Source of the DNA: Octopus sinensis
Lineage: Eukaryota
Length of the DNA stretch: 64,000 nucleotides
Reading direction: 5' to 3'
NCBI RefSeq assembly: GCF_006345805.1
Contig: NC_043017.1
Coordinates: 6,696,001-6,760,000, forward strand
Each line of letters starts with the position of its first letter. Position 1 is the first letter of the stretch. Of the stretch, positions 39,480 through 52,449 are shown piece after piece. The notes under the pieces were generated by a model, which saw only the letters and a program-made list of their open reading frames with translations, was not told where the DNA came from and did no database searches. A program made the position numbers and the translations under genes.

Positions 39480-39679
39480 TAATTTTAATGATTTCAATAA
39501 TTTATATTAAGATTCTTATGATTGTATTCTTATCTTATATGTATCGAATTATAATATATGTATATATATATGTTATTAAGGTTCTCGTTTTTGTTAAATG
39601 AATAAATAAATAAGTCAACATTCTAATATCCGAAAGCTGATGAACCAACTAAATTGTTTCTTCTCCATTTTCTTATTTG

Positions 39680-39786
<107 letters not shown>

Positions 39787-39790
39787 TATA

Positions 39791-39844
<54 letters not shown>

Positions 39845-39846
<2 letters not shown>

Positions 39847-40110
39847 AGGCGCAATGGCCTAGTGGTTAGGGCAGCGGACTCGCAGTCGGAGGATCGCAGT
39901 TTCAATTACCAGACCGGGCGTTGTATGTTTATTGAGCGAAAACGCTCCAGCAGCGGGTGGTGGCGACCCCTCATGTACTCTTTCGCTCCTAACTTTCTCT
40001 CACTCTTTCTTGAGTAATGCTGCAATGGACTGACATCCCGTCCAGCTCGGTGGAACACATACGCCACAGAAACCGGGAAACTGGCCCCATGAGCCTGGCT
40101 AGGCTTGAAA
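39845..40110 (+). mobile_element. tRNA-derived SINE, distinct family
   Basis: GGAGGCGCAATGGCCTAGTGGTTAGGGCAGCGGACTCGC tRNA-like head with a decayed B box; not a complete cloverleaf. Confidence 0.7.
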
Positions 40111-40413
40111 AGGGCGCATAAATGTGTGTGTGTGTGCAAGGTGCATTCCAGAAGTTTTGAGAATTTTTCCAGAGAATACAAAACTGGAATCTTCTTCAAA
40201 GTAGGATTCTTTGACTTCAATGCACTTGTAGGATTCCAGCCATTTTATGATTTTGGCACACGAGACTCACAGAATAAGTACCAGATTTTAAAAACAAATA
40301 ATAATAATAATGATAATAATAATAATAATGATGATAATAATAATAATAATAATAATAAAAGCAATAATTATAAATGCCCTGATGCAGTACCAGGCAGTGG
40401 CTTTCATGGCTTA

Positions 40414-40463
<50 letters not shown>

Positions 40464-40679
40464 CACATATGTGGTTGTATTATTTCAGTGTGAATGGTTT
40501 TGTTATACAGTGCCATGTTTTATAATCCTGTAAATGTTAATAATTGTATTTTTATATAAGCTTAAAGCTTATGGTGATCACCTTGCAATGACTAAGGGAA
40601 AATGTCTCAACAGGAAAAAGAAGACTTTCCTATCCCATGCAGATAGGAAAACCTTTTACTCGCACTTTTAGCAACATCA

Positions 40680-41410
40680 TTTAATGCATCTCCTGCTCTT
40701 TCTGCCCATTTCTGTACATCGGTCAAATGGGACACTGCTTGGCTGACAGGTTTGCAGAGCACCTCCAAGAATCAAACTTGGCAATGACACCCCAGTCTAA
40801 TACCATTTCTGATCTACTGGTCATTCACTACAACACCTGTCCGTGTTCAGATTGTCCTTGCACAGGGGCCATCCATACGTGTGCCTTCACTGCGAACAAG
40901 AATTAATCTTCTCTCTTCACTTCTTTGTGCAACACAGTCTCAACTCCCCTCCTCTCTTCATCTGACACCTACTTCCTCACTTCACTCCTACCCACTTTCT
41001 CTCTTTATCGATACCCCCTCCACTCTCCACCCATCCCTACTCCCACATCTCCATACCACACCCCCATCCCCACCCACACACCTACCCCACAATCCTATCC
41101 ACACACATTCTCACATACACGCCGATGCACATGCACCTTTGGTTTGAGATCCCCAATATTTTATTACCTCCTCTTCTTTCTAATTCTCCTGTCAAACCTT
41201 TTTTCTCCAACCAGCTGCCAAGCTTGATCGGTAAATCCAGAAGTTTTTTTATTCTCTCTCTGTTTATTTTCTCTTATTCCTTCCTGTTGAAGAGCGTAGG
41301 CTCGAAATGTAAAAGACTTTCTCACTTCCCGAGTGTCAAACAAATACACCTGTTTGCTGCTCATACACCTGTCTTCATCTTTTGTTTTTCTGTAAATTTC
41401 AACTATATAT
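40680..41410 (+). mobile_element. Penelope-like element 3' fragment (GIY-YIG endonuclease remnant and 3' end)
   Basis: Translates, with frameshifts, to CSFCPFLYIGQMGHCLADRFAEHL...PV..HF.STGHSLQHLSVF...EQELIFSL. A decayed hammerhead core (TTGAAGA..CTCGAAA) lies at ~41285. Confidence 0.8.
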
Positions 41411-41924
41411 CTGTATATATGTGTGTGTGTGTGGGTGTGTGTGTGTGTGTATTTATGGGTGTGTGTTTTTATGTGTGTGTTTGTACCCCCACTATCGCTT
41501 GACAACCGATGTTGGTATGTTTATGTCCCTGTGACTTAACGGTTCGGCAAAAGATCCCAATAGAATAAGTAGTAGGCTCACAAAGAATAAGTCCTGGTGG
41601 TCGATTCCTTCAACTAAAAACCCTTTAAGGCGTTCATCCAGCTCAGCCATAGTCAAATGACTGAAACAAGTAAACAAATAAAAGAATAAAAGAATGTGTG
41701 TGCGTGTGTGTGAATGTGTGTGTATGCCTGTGTGCATGTGTGTGTGTGTGAGAGTGTGAGTGTGTGTGTGTCTGTGTGCGTGTGTGTGTGAGTGTGTGTG
41801 TGTGTGTGTGCACGCGTTTGTGTGTGTGTGAGTGTGTGTGTGAGTGTATGTGTGTTTGTGTGTGTGTGTTTGTGTGTGAGTGTGTCTGTGTCTGTGTGTG
41901 AGTGTGTGTCTGTGTCTGTTTCTC

Positions 41925-41963
<39 letters not shown>

Positions 41964-42544
41964 TAGTGTCAGTAACTTAGCGATTGTTTCAGCAAACGAA
42001 ACTAATAAAATAAGGAACTGGCTTAAAAAAGAAAAGGCAAAGACAAGCAAAGAGAAATCTGTGAAGGTGGTGCCCCAGTATGGCCACGGCCCAATGGCTG
42101 AAACAAGTGAAAGAATGAAGAGAGAAAAAACATAATGTATGATAAAAGAAATAAACAAACCATTGTTCTATATTTTCTCAATGCCGTTTAATTATCAGCG
42201 AATATTCATCATGATTAGATATCTTGACTTTTGCTCTTAATTATTGTCCTATGACCGATAACGAGATTGATTGATTGATTGATTGATTGATCATCGACAC
42301 TCGGTAGGATTGACAAAATTTCTAAATAAATAAATAAATAAATAAATAAGTAAATTACTGGGGTGGGTCGGTGATTGGGTGGGCCCAAGACGGAAGGTCG
42401 GAGCAGGAAGGGTGACAGTGGTGGTGGTGGTGGTGGTGGTGGTGGTGGTGGTAGAAGGGGTGGCGCTGCTGGGTTGAAATCATAGTGGCGGTAGTAATGA
42501 TGGTGGTGGTGGTGGTGGTGTTGGTGGTGGTGGTGGTGGTGTTG

Positions 42545-42576
<32 letters not shown>

Positions 42577-42838
42577 GGTGCTGATGGCTGTGCGTGGAGG
42601 TGATTGGAGTGGTAGTGGTAGTTGGTGGTGATAACAATTGTGGTGTTAGTGGTGGTGTTGTTGTTGTTGGTGGTGGTGTTGGTGGTGGTGGTGGTGATGA
42701 TGGTGGTTGTGATGGGTAGCACTGGTAGTAATAGTAGTAGTAGGAGTAGTATCAGTAGTAGTAGTAGTAGTAGGTGGTGGTGGTGGTAGTGACAGTAGCG
42801 ACAGCTGTGGTGGTGATGGTGGTGGTCGTGGCGATCAC

Positions 42839-42847
42839 TATAAATAG
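42839..42847 (+). promoter_or_regulatory. TATA box of the chitin-binding/GPI gene
   Basis: TATAAATAG lies 136 nt upstream of the ATG, directly after a long GGT/GTT/GTA microsatellite tract. Confidence 0.6.
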
Positions 42848-42974
42848 TGGTGCGAGAATCAGCTCTGGCGCAGATCAAAAGCCACCACTCTACAAACACA
42901 CACAGAGCAAGCGTGCCACTTACTTTTAACAAAAAAAAAAACGAAACAAGAAGAACAACAACAACAAAACAAAC

Positions 42975-43083
42975 ATGGAAAAAATGTCTAGATTGTTAAT
43001 TTTTGTGGCAGCAATCACGCTTGCTTTGGTATGTGTTGCAAACAGCAAAGTTTTAGCACAAACTGGAGCCCCAGATGTTACAG
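42975..43083 (+). CDS. Chitin-binding mucin-like GPI protein, exon 1: signal peptide (MEKMSRLLIFVAAITLALVCVANSKVLAQTGAPDVT)
   Basis: ATG in AAACATGG context; hydrophobic h-region; donor CAG|gtattt; 109 nt, phase 1, compatible with all downstream exons. Confidence 0.82.
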
Positions 43084-43140
43084 GTATTTGCCGTTATTTG
43101 AATTATTGGTATTGTTGACATTGATGCTGTCGTTGTTGTT

Positions 43141-43181
<41 letters not shown>

Positions 43182-43724
43182 CTATCATTGTTTGGTATTT
43201 TTTGGTTATTTCCACCCCCCCATTAAAAAATTGCCATTAAAAAGTTGGGATTACCTCCCCATTAAAAAAAAAAAATCCTGTTAATGTGGCAACAAGAGAT
43301 TGGATTAAAGGAGTTAAATCCTTTTGATTCAATCCTTCAACGCATTGTTGACGTTGAAGGAAAATAACAAAAAGTACAGATATTTCTATATTTCTCGTAA
43401 AACATGACGAGACAACCCAATATTTCAATGGGGGTAAGAGAACCAAAAAACTACCCATTGTTTCACTCACTGACATTACGGCATTTGATGGGATTCAAAT
43501 GGTATAGAATGTAGGGTGTTATCGGTGTTGTTGATAGTGTTGAAGTTAGATTATTTACATTATTTACATTTCACGGATATTTGTCCTCATCTTGTTTGTC
43601 GTTAACACAACATTTTGGCTGATATACCCTCCAAGCCTTCATCAGGTGTCTTGGGGGAAATTTCGAACCTGGGTTCTCATTCCTAAGGTATTTTTAAATC
43701 ATATTACTATTATTATTATTATTA

Positions 43725-43765
<41 letters not shown>

Positions 43766-43797
43766 TTATTATAATTGTTATTATTATTATTATTATA

Positions 43798-43831
<34 letters not shown>

Positions 43832-43880
43832 GTTATTACTACTACTACTACTATTCTTCTTCTTCTTCTTCTTCTTCTTC

Positions 43881-43923
<43 letters not shown>

Positions 43924-43942
43924 TACTACTACTACTACTATT

Positions 43943-43973
<31 letters not shown>

Positions 43974-44423
43974 TTATTATTATTATTATTATTATTACTG
44001 TTTAGATCACTGCTTGGAATTGAACTTGGAATCTTGGGGCTAGTATCCACGCTCTTAACCACTACGTCATATGCCCATGTAGAACTGTATTGTTGTTGTT
44101 GTTGTTGTTATCATAGTTGTTGTAGCTGTTTTTGTAGATTGTTGGTGATTTTTTTTTTTTTTTGTGGTTTTGGTCTCAGGTCAACCCGGCTGTTTATTGT
44201 GTGACCCTATGGTCACCTATGTTACAGGCATTATCGCTTTCGCAATATATTAATGCATTTTTAAGAGAGTGAGTTGTGATCTTGAGGTAGTTTTGACTCC
44301 CATTTCAAGCAGAAAGAATGACCACTACTCTTGTCCACTTTTTGCCATTCTTGTCCATTGTGTGACTGTCGGCTCATCCCAAAGCTGCATTCTTGCTGTG
44401 TGTAGGGAGGATCATTTTTCAAG

Positions 44424-44457
<34 letters not shown>

Positions 44458-44686
44458 TAATAATAATCCTTTCTACTAAAGGCACAGACCTGAAATCTCG
44501 GGTGAGGGGAGTAGAGTAGTTGATTACATTGATCCTAGTATTTCACTGGTACTTATTTTACTGAGCCCGAGAGGATGAAAGGCATAGTTGACTTCTGCGG
44601 AATTTGAACTCAGAACATAACGGCAGATGAAATACCGCTAAGCATTTCGCTCTGAGTGCTAACGATTCTGCCAGCTCACCACCTCA

Positions 44687-44734
<48 letters not shown>

Positions 44735-44736
<2 letters not shown>

Positions 44737-45295
44737 CCCTGATGCAGAAACAAAAAATTGGTTCTCATGGCTTCTGATCTTAACTGATTGGAAGTGTAAT
44801 CATGTACATTGTTTTGTCTTGGTAGAAAAGATGGACTACAGCAAATATTCTGCTCAATACTACACTACAGATTTGCTTGTCAATTGTCTGACCATAACCA
44901 GTTGAGCATGTCCCTTAATGGCTGACGATATGTGCATCTCTGATCATGAGCAGAATTAGTGGGGGAGCATCATAGCCATGTGTTGAGAGGAATTCGTTGG
45001 GGTTTGGATTAATTCACCTTTGGAAACATGGATGTTTTGTTCAACATCCTTAAACAACCCTTATTCAGGGAGTGAGATAGACTGCTCGACCTGAAGAAAA
45101 TTTTATCTGGGCCCCTCCTGCAAGATCATATTCTGTTTATTTTGATATGCATCATCAAGTCTCGCACATATGGTTATGATGCTTGTGCCTGGTGTATCCT
45201 TATCAGACAGGTAGCCATGATGGGTATACTGGACTTCGTTTATTTTACCCCAATGTCAATTTGATGGCATGCGCTGCCTCTCTCACTCAATAATG
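44735..45295 (+). mobile_element. (TAA)n-flanked dispersed repeat, family D (SINE or LINE 3' end)
   Basis: The same ~550-bp sequence recurs at 48630-49000 (+), 61240-61795 (-), 53775-53970 (-) and 45845-46015 (-); usually associated with (AAT)n or similar trinucleotide runs. Confidence 0.75.
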
Positions 45296-45359
45296 ATAAT
45301 AATAAGGACGTCAGAATTAATTTATATACAGTGAGACAGAAGTTAAAATAAATAGCAAA

Positions 45360-45850
45360 TTGGAAAGGAACCGACCCCGATGGGGTACAAGGCTATTGGC
45401 TGAAGAACTTTACGCAGTTGCATGAAATGATCACTGTGCAACTTGATTACTGCCTGCAGTCCTACAGTAAGGTCACGGCTCTTCCTGAATGACTAGAGGA
45501 CGAACGCTGCTATATCTCAAGGATCCCTTGAAAGGGAACTTGGCACCAAATTTTTGACTTATAACCTTGTTTATCACTAATGTGGAAGCTTATGATCAGA
45601 GTCTTGGTGGAAGAGTTATACAAACATCTGGAAAGTAACAATCTGCTTCCAGAACAGAAAGGATTCGGGATCCAAAATTGGGCAACAAAAGATCAGTTAT
45701 TAGTTGATAAAATAATAATTAGAAATTGTTGATGCAAACTGACAGGACTGGGTGTAGCATGGCCAGGTTACAAGAAACGCATATGACATGGTATCACACA
45801 GTTGCATAAGTAAAACAATGAGTATGTTTGGAATACCAAGGGACATGCTG
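45360..45850 (+). mobile_element. R4/Dong-like LINE reverse transcriptase fragment (N-terminal RT motifs), decayed
   Basis: WKGTDPDGVQGYWLKNF...GRTLLYLKDP..G....NF.LIT...LMWKL...DQLLVDK...YKKAYDMVSH, with stops and frameshifts. Confidence 0.8.
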
Positions 45851-46395
45851 AAATGGTTAAGGTCAAACAACTGACAAGGAAATCCGCGGTATTGAGCAGA
45901 ATATTTGCAGAAGCCCATCTTGTATTCCAAGACAAAACAATGTACATGATAACACTTCCAATCAGTTATGATGAGAAGCCATGAGAGCCACTGCTTAGTA
46001 CTGCATCAGGGCATTTATCATTTTTATTATTTTCATTATCACCTTCTTTCAATTCTGTTTCGATTTCTCGCTGAGTATCTTCCTGACACCTAGGCCAAAG
46101 AAACACACTGTATACATTGGTAGGCCATTAAAATAAACACACCAAATTGTTTATTTACAAAGTCATGTGATAGAGAAAAACGGGAGGTAAGACAGAGGGG
46201 GAAAAAATAAAAAATAAAAAAGTAAACAAAGAAAATAGAGGGAGAAAATGGAAAGAAAATTCACTGCGACAATATTCTTCTCAATATGTCTGACGTACCA
46301 GTTAAGACAATCTTTTGCACTTCCTTATGGATGGTCAGCCAGGGATCATCATCATCATCATCATCATCATCGTTTAACGTCCGTTTTCCGTGCTT

Positions 46396-46460
<65 letters not shown>

Positions 46461-46744
46461 GGTGGTGAGCTGGCAGAAATGTTAGCGCGCTGGATGAAAT
46501 GCTTAGTGGTGTTTCGCCCATCGCTACGTTCTGAGTTCAAACTCCACAGCGGTCAACTCTACCTTTCATCCTTTTGAGGTCAATAAGTTAAGTACCAGTT
46601 GCATACTGGTTTCGATGTAATCAGCTTATCCCCTCCCCAAAATTGCTGCCATTATGGAAAAATTTGAAATTATTATTATTATTATTATCATTATTATTAT
46701 TATTATTATTATTGGCATCTAACTCTCTCTCTCTCTGTCTATAG

Positions 46745-46927
46745 CTGACTGGTGTTATTGTAATGAAACATCAGAACACTGCAAACCTTGCAAAGCAGGA
46801 GATTTTATTGGAGATCAAACTGACGCCACTAAATTTTACAAGTGTGGTACCTCTGAATGCTTTGAGACCTTCCACTGCCCAGACCACACCATTTGGAGCC
46901 AGAAGAACCACACATGTATTCATGCAG
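46745..46927 (+). CDS. Exon 2: 8-Cys CBM14/peritrophin-A-like domain 1 ((A)DWCYCNETSEHCKPCKAGDFIGDQTDATKFYKCGTSECFETFHCPDHTIWSQKNHTCIHA)
   Basis: Acceptor (ct)n-gtctatag and donor CAG|gtaaca; 183 nt, symmetric phase 1-1. Carries the G-D-F-x-x-D-x-x-D-x-x-K-F-Y-x-C...C-P-x-x-x-x-W...C pattern of chitin-binding type 2 domains. Confidence 0.9.
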
Positions 46928-48070
46928 GTAACATTTCCCTATACATTCGTTATTTATCCATTCGCATAGCCCCACCCCTTCCAAGAAACAGCAACCAAAT
47001 CCACCCTTCCGTTCTGAAAATCCTGAAGGACACATTGGTTGTTGAAACCCAGACAACATAAATCCTGAAAAAATTATGTGATTAAAACCGTTTTCTTGAT
47101 CATTGGTTTGGTGGTTGCGTGGTTATGAAGCCCTTTTTGCTACCATGTGATTTCAGGTTCAATCTCGTTGTGTGGCACCATGTACAATTGTTTCCTACAA
47201 AATATAACAACGGGCCAACCAATGCCGCCTGGGTGGATTTGATGGAACTGTGCAGAAGCACGTCTTGTGTATCATGTGTGTGTGTATGTGTGTGTGCGTA
47301 TGTGTGCAAATGTGCGCATGCATGTGTGTGTGTGTGTGCGCGTGAGTGCACACGTGTATTTGTGTGTGCCTGTCTGCACATGTATATGTGTGCATATGTG
47401 TATGTATGCTGATGTATGTGTGTGTGTGAGAGAGTGCATGCGTGTGTATGTATGTGTGTGTCTATTTGCGTGAGCATGTGAGTGCACATGTGTATGTGAG
47501 TGTGCGCATAAGTGTGCATGTATATATGCATGTATGTGTGTGTGTGCATGTATGTGTGTGTGCATGTGTGTGCATGCATGTGTGTGTGTGTTTGCAAGTG
47601 TGTGCACATGTGCGAGACTGTGATTGTGTTCGTCCCCGTCACCACTTGACAAATGGTGTTGGTTTAGCAGATACCCTTGTAACTTAGCGCTTCAGCAATA
47701 AAGACCAATAGAATAAGCACCAACTTTAAAAAGTAAGCACTAGGGTCGAATTGTTCAATTAAACCCATCAAACCTTTTCTATTCTAGGCACAAGGCCCGA
47801 AGTTGGGGGGAGGGGGCCAGTTGATTAAATCAACCCCAGTACAAAGTGGTACTTAATTTATCGACCCCTAAAGGATGAAAGGCAAAGTCGACCTCGGGGA
47901 ATTTGAACTCAGAACGTAAAGACAGATGAAATACTGCTAAGCATTTCGCCCAGTGTGCTAACGTTTCTGATAGCTTGCTGCCTTTGAACTCCTCAAATCA
48001 AAGCTCCAGCATGGGACAAACACGAAAACACACAAACACACCTGTATACATACACAAAATGCACACACAC

Positions 48071-48106
<36 letters not shown>

Positions 48107-48220
48107 TAAACACACACGTCTTCTCTCACATACACACATATACATGTTCACACATGCGGACTCATACACACTCAGACACACACACACAAGCACGCGTGCG
48201 CACACACACACGCACACACA

Positions 48221-48269
<49 letters not shown>

Positions 48270-49209
48270 ACACATCAGTGGCGGATGCAGGGCTGTTGCC
48301 CTAGTTACCTGGGCTACATCCTTTCGAACCAACATCAAAAACGTCAGGGTAAGCTCCCATTAATTGCCAAAATTATTTTATTTATACTTTTTGGCTTTGT
48401 CAGATGTCTTAGGAGTTGAAATAATATAGAATATTTAAAAGATGGGGCGCTTCAGAAACGTTAGCATGTCTTTATATTCCGAGTTCAAATTCCGCTGAGG
48501 TCAACTTTGCCTTTCATCTTTCCGAGGTCGATTAAATTAAGTACCAGTTATGTACTGTGGTCAATCTAATCGACTGGCCCCTCCCCACCAAAATTTTGGG
48601 CCTTGTGCCTAGAGTAGAAAAGAATATGTACATCTCTGGTCATGAGCAAACGTAGTGGGGGAGCATCATAGCCATGTGTTGAGAGGAAATCTTTGGAGTT
48701 TGGATAATTCGCCTTTGGAAACATGGGAGTTTCATTCAACATCCTTAAACAGACCTTATTCAGGGACCTTTTGAGTGGGATGGGCTACTCGACCTGAAGA
48801 AAATTCTTATTGGGCCCCACCTGCAACGTCATGCGCTGATTATCTTGATATGAGATCACCATGTTGTGCACATATGGTTGTGGTGCATGTGCCTGGTGTA
48901 CCTTTATCAGACGGGTAGCCATGATGGGTATATTGGGCTTCGTATATTTGTAACGTAACCCTGATGTCACTTTGATGGCATGCACTGCTCTCTCACTCAA
49001 TATAAAGAAGAAGAAGAAGAGAAGAAGAAGAAGAAGAAGAAAAAAAAAGAAGAGAAGAGAAGAAGAAGAAGAAAAGAGAAAGAAGAAGAAAGAAGAAGAG
49101 AATAAGAATAAGAAGAAGACGAAGAAGAAGAAGAAGAAGAAGAAGAAGAAGAAGAAGAAGAAGAAGAAGAAGAAGAAGAAGAAGAAGATGAAGAAGAGAA
49201 GAAGAAGAT

Positions 49210-49920
49210 TGTTGTGAAAGACCAAAACAATAAAGTCTGTTCATTGATTGACACGAGTATACCTTATGATCATAATATCTCGGCAAAAGAATTTGATAAG
49301 TTCAGAAACAATAAAGATTTGCTGACTGAAATTGAAAAAAAATGTGGCACCTCAAGACGGTTAGAATACCAGTGATCGTAGGAGCACTTGGAATGATTCA
49401 AAAAGGAACTGTAAAGTATTTGAGAATGATCCCTGACTTACCATCCCCACAAGGAGTGCAAAAGATTGTTTCAACTTATTTCTTAATTGCCCACACGGTG
49501 CTAAACATAGAGGGGACAAACAAGGACAGACAAACGGATTAAGTCGATTATATCGACCCCAGTGCGTAACTGGTACTTAATTTATCGACCCCGAAAGGAT
49601 GAAAAGCAAAGTCGACTTTGGCGTAATTTGAACTCAGAACGTAATGGCAGACGAAATACCTATTTCTTTACTACCCACAAGGGGCTAAACACAGAGAGGA
49701 CAAACAAGGACAGACAAACGGATTAAGTCGATTATATCGACCCCAGTGCGTAACTGGTACTTAATTTATCGACCCCGAAAGGATGAAAAGCAAAGTCGAC
49801 TTTGGCGGAATTTGAACTCAGAACGTAACGGCAGATGAAATACCGCTAAACATTTCGTCCAGCCTGCTAACGTTTCAACTGCTACGTCACACGTATTGAG
49901 AGAAGCATTGTCTCTTTGAA
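49210..49920 (+). mobile_element. R4/Dong-like LINE restriction-like endonuclease (RLE) C-terminal fragment interrupted by tandem SINE-A copies
   Basis: IVVKDQNNKVCSLIDTSIP.D.N...KEFDK...KDL..EIEKMWHLKTVRIPVIVGALGMIQKG, then SHVLREALSL* after the SINE block at 49495-49870. Confidence 0.8.
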
Positions 49921-50298
49921 TTTTCTTTCCTTTTTTTCTTCTTTATTTTCTTAGTTTTCTTTTTTCTTCATATTTCTTCTATCTTTTCTTTTTACTTTTT
50001 TCCTTTCTTCTTTCTATCTTCCACCCCTCCCCCACTCTTTTTTTCTTCTATCACATAACTCGTCTTTGTAAATGAATGGTCTGGTGTTTTTTTTATTTTG
50101 ATGACCTACCAGTGTATATACTAAGTTTCTTTGCCCTAGGTGTTGAGAAGACACTTGGTAAGAAATGGAATCAAAATTGAAAAAAAAAGTAAACAACAAC
50201 AACAACAACAGCAGCAATATTAACAACAACAACAACAACAACAACAACAATAATAATAATAATAATAATAATAATGCTGATAATGATAATGATGATAA

Positions 50299-50705
50299 AG
50301 GCGCAGGAGTGGCTGTGTGGTAAGTAGCTTGCTAACCAACCACATGGTTCCGGGTTCAGTCCCACTGCGTGGCATCTTGGGCAAGTGTCTTCTGCTATAG
50401 CCCCGGGCCGATCAATACCTTGTGAGTGGATTTGGTAGACGGAAACTGAAAGAAGCCTGTCAGATATATATGTATATATATATATAAGTGTGTGTGTATG
50501 TGTTTGTGTGTGAGTGTTTGTCCCCCTAGCATTGCTTGACAACTGATGCTGGTGTGGTTACGTCCCCGTCACTTAGCGGTTCGGCAAAAGAGAACCGATA
50601 GAATAAGTACTGGGCTTACAAAGAATAAGTCCCGGGGTCGATTTGCTCGACTAAAGGTGGTGCTCCAGCATGGCCACAGTCAAATGACTAAAACAAGTAA
50701 AAGAG
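50299..50705 (+). mobile_element. Full-length SINE family B
   Basis: Head GGCGCAGGAGTGGCTGTGTGGTAAG, B box GGGTTCAGTCCC, internal microsatellite, tail AAACAAGTAAAAGAGA. Confidence 0.9.
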
Positions 50706-50926
50706 AGAGTAAAGAGAGTATAAAAGTGAAAAGAGCTTGTGCATATGTTTGTTATTGGGCCTAAGGACACTCCCAGCATGCAACAAAATATTTCCTCGAT
50801 AATATGAAAAATGTTTTAAGTCATATTTAATCATTTATTTGAATATTTATTTTGGTTTATATAAGCATAAGTTTTTCACTGTTATAATTATATTTGCAAA
50901 ATTTTCACTATTGTTTACAAAACCAG

Positions 50927-51160
50927 AAAGAATCACAGTAAGCCAATATAGCGAAAAATTAACAGACAACACAACCAACGTCACAGACAACACAACCAAC
51001 GTCACAGATTATAGTTTACCGAGCACAGATGTTAAGTCCAGCAGCCAGTCTCAAGACACAACTACATCTGGTGGACACACTACACAACCTGCTCACAGCA
51101 CACAGTCGCCAGCTAAAGAGACAACAACAGGACCAAGCCACCACAGCACAGACAGTCCAA
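50927..51160 (+). CDS. Exon 3: Ser/Thr-rich mucin-like linker ((E)RITVSQYSEKLTDNTTNVTDNTTNVTDYSLPSTDVKSSSQSQDTTTSGGHTTQPAHSTQSPAKETTTGPSHHSTDSP)
   Basis: Acceptor ttgtttacaaaaccag and donor CCAA|gtaaga; 234 nt, phase 1-1; internal 21-bp duplication; four N-x-T sequons. Confidence 0.85.
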
Positions 51161-51748
51161 GTAAGATAATCTTTTCTACTCTAAACACAAGGGCCTGAAA
51201 TTATTTTTTTGGGGGGGTGTGGGGAGAGGACAGTCGATTAGATCGACCTTCCCCACACCCTCTTCCAGTGCGCAACTGGTATTTAATTTAGGCGGCGAGC
51301 TGGCAGAAACGTTAGCACGCCGGGCGAAATGCTTAGCGGTATTTCGTCTGCGTTACGTTGTGAGTTCAAATTCCGCCGAGGTCGACTTTGCCTTTCATCC
51401 TTTCGGGGTCGATAAATTAAGTACCAGATACGCACTGGGGGTCGATGTAATCGACTTAATACCTATGTCTGTCCTTGTTTGTCCCCTCTGTGTTTAGCCC
51501 CTTGTGGGTAATAAAGAAATAGGTATTTAATTTATTGACCTCGAAAGGATGAAAGGCAAAGTCGACCTCGGCAGAATTTGAACTCAGAACACAAAGACAG
51601 ACCATCATCATCATCATCAAAATTATCATCATCATTACCATCGTTATCATCACCATCATCGTGATCACCATCACACCATCATCACCACCACCATCATCAT
51701 CATCCCTATTGTTATCATCACAATCATCGTCATCACCATCATCATCCC

Positions 51749-51787
<39 letters not shown>

Positions 51788-51845
51788 AATCATCATCATC
51801 ACCATCATCATCACCATCATCATCACCACCACCACCACCACCACC

Positions 51846-51895
<50 letters not shown>

Positions 51896-52449
51896 TATCA
51901 TCATCATCATCATCATCCAGCTCTTTACGCTCATGAGTTCAAATTCTTCTGAAGTCAACTTTTGCCTTTCATACTTTTAGTAGTCAAGACAATAAGTACC
52001 ATTTAAGGACTGGTGGATGGGTGGGAGGGTTTGGGGTAGAGATCGGGGGGGGGGTGTAGAATGGAGATTGTTCTGTCAATTTTTATTGACTAAACCTATC
52101 TCGCAAAATTTCAGGCCTTGTGCCTATAGTAAAAAAGATTTCAAGCAGCAAATTGGCAGAAACATTAGCCAGCCAGGCAAATTACATTACAAGCATTTCT
52201 TCTGGCTTTACCGTCTAAGGTTCAAATATCGGTGAGGTCAAAGTTGGCTTTTCATTGATTCATGAGTCATTAGAGTAATTACCTTTTGATCACATGGTTT
52301 GATAAAATCGGTTTTTCTCCCACCTCAAAATTGATGGCCTTCTATCTACATTAGAAGAAAATATTATTATTATTATTTTTATTATTATTATTTTTTAAAG
52401 CATAAAATATGGTCCATTGTCTTCTGCTGAACCAGGGTCATACCTTGAC

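Noticed and set aside
39845-39920. tRNA-like sequence (GGAGGCGCAATGGCCTAGTGGTTAGGGCAGCGGACTCGC...)
   Set aside because: The T arm and acceptor stem are decayed and it continues into a SINE body; it is a SINE head, not a tRNA gene.
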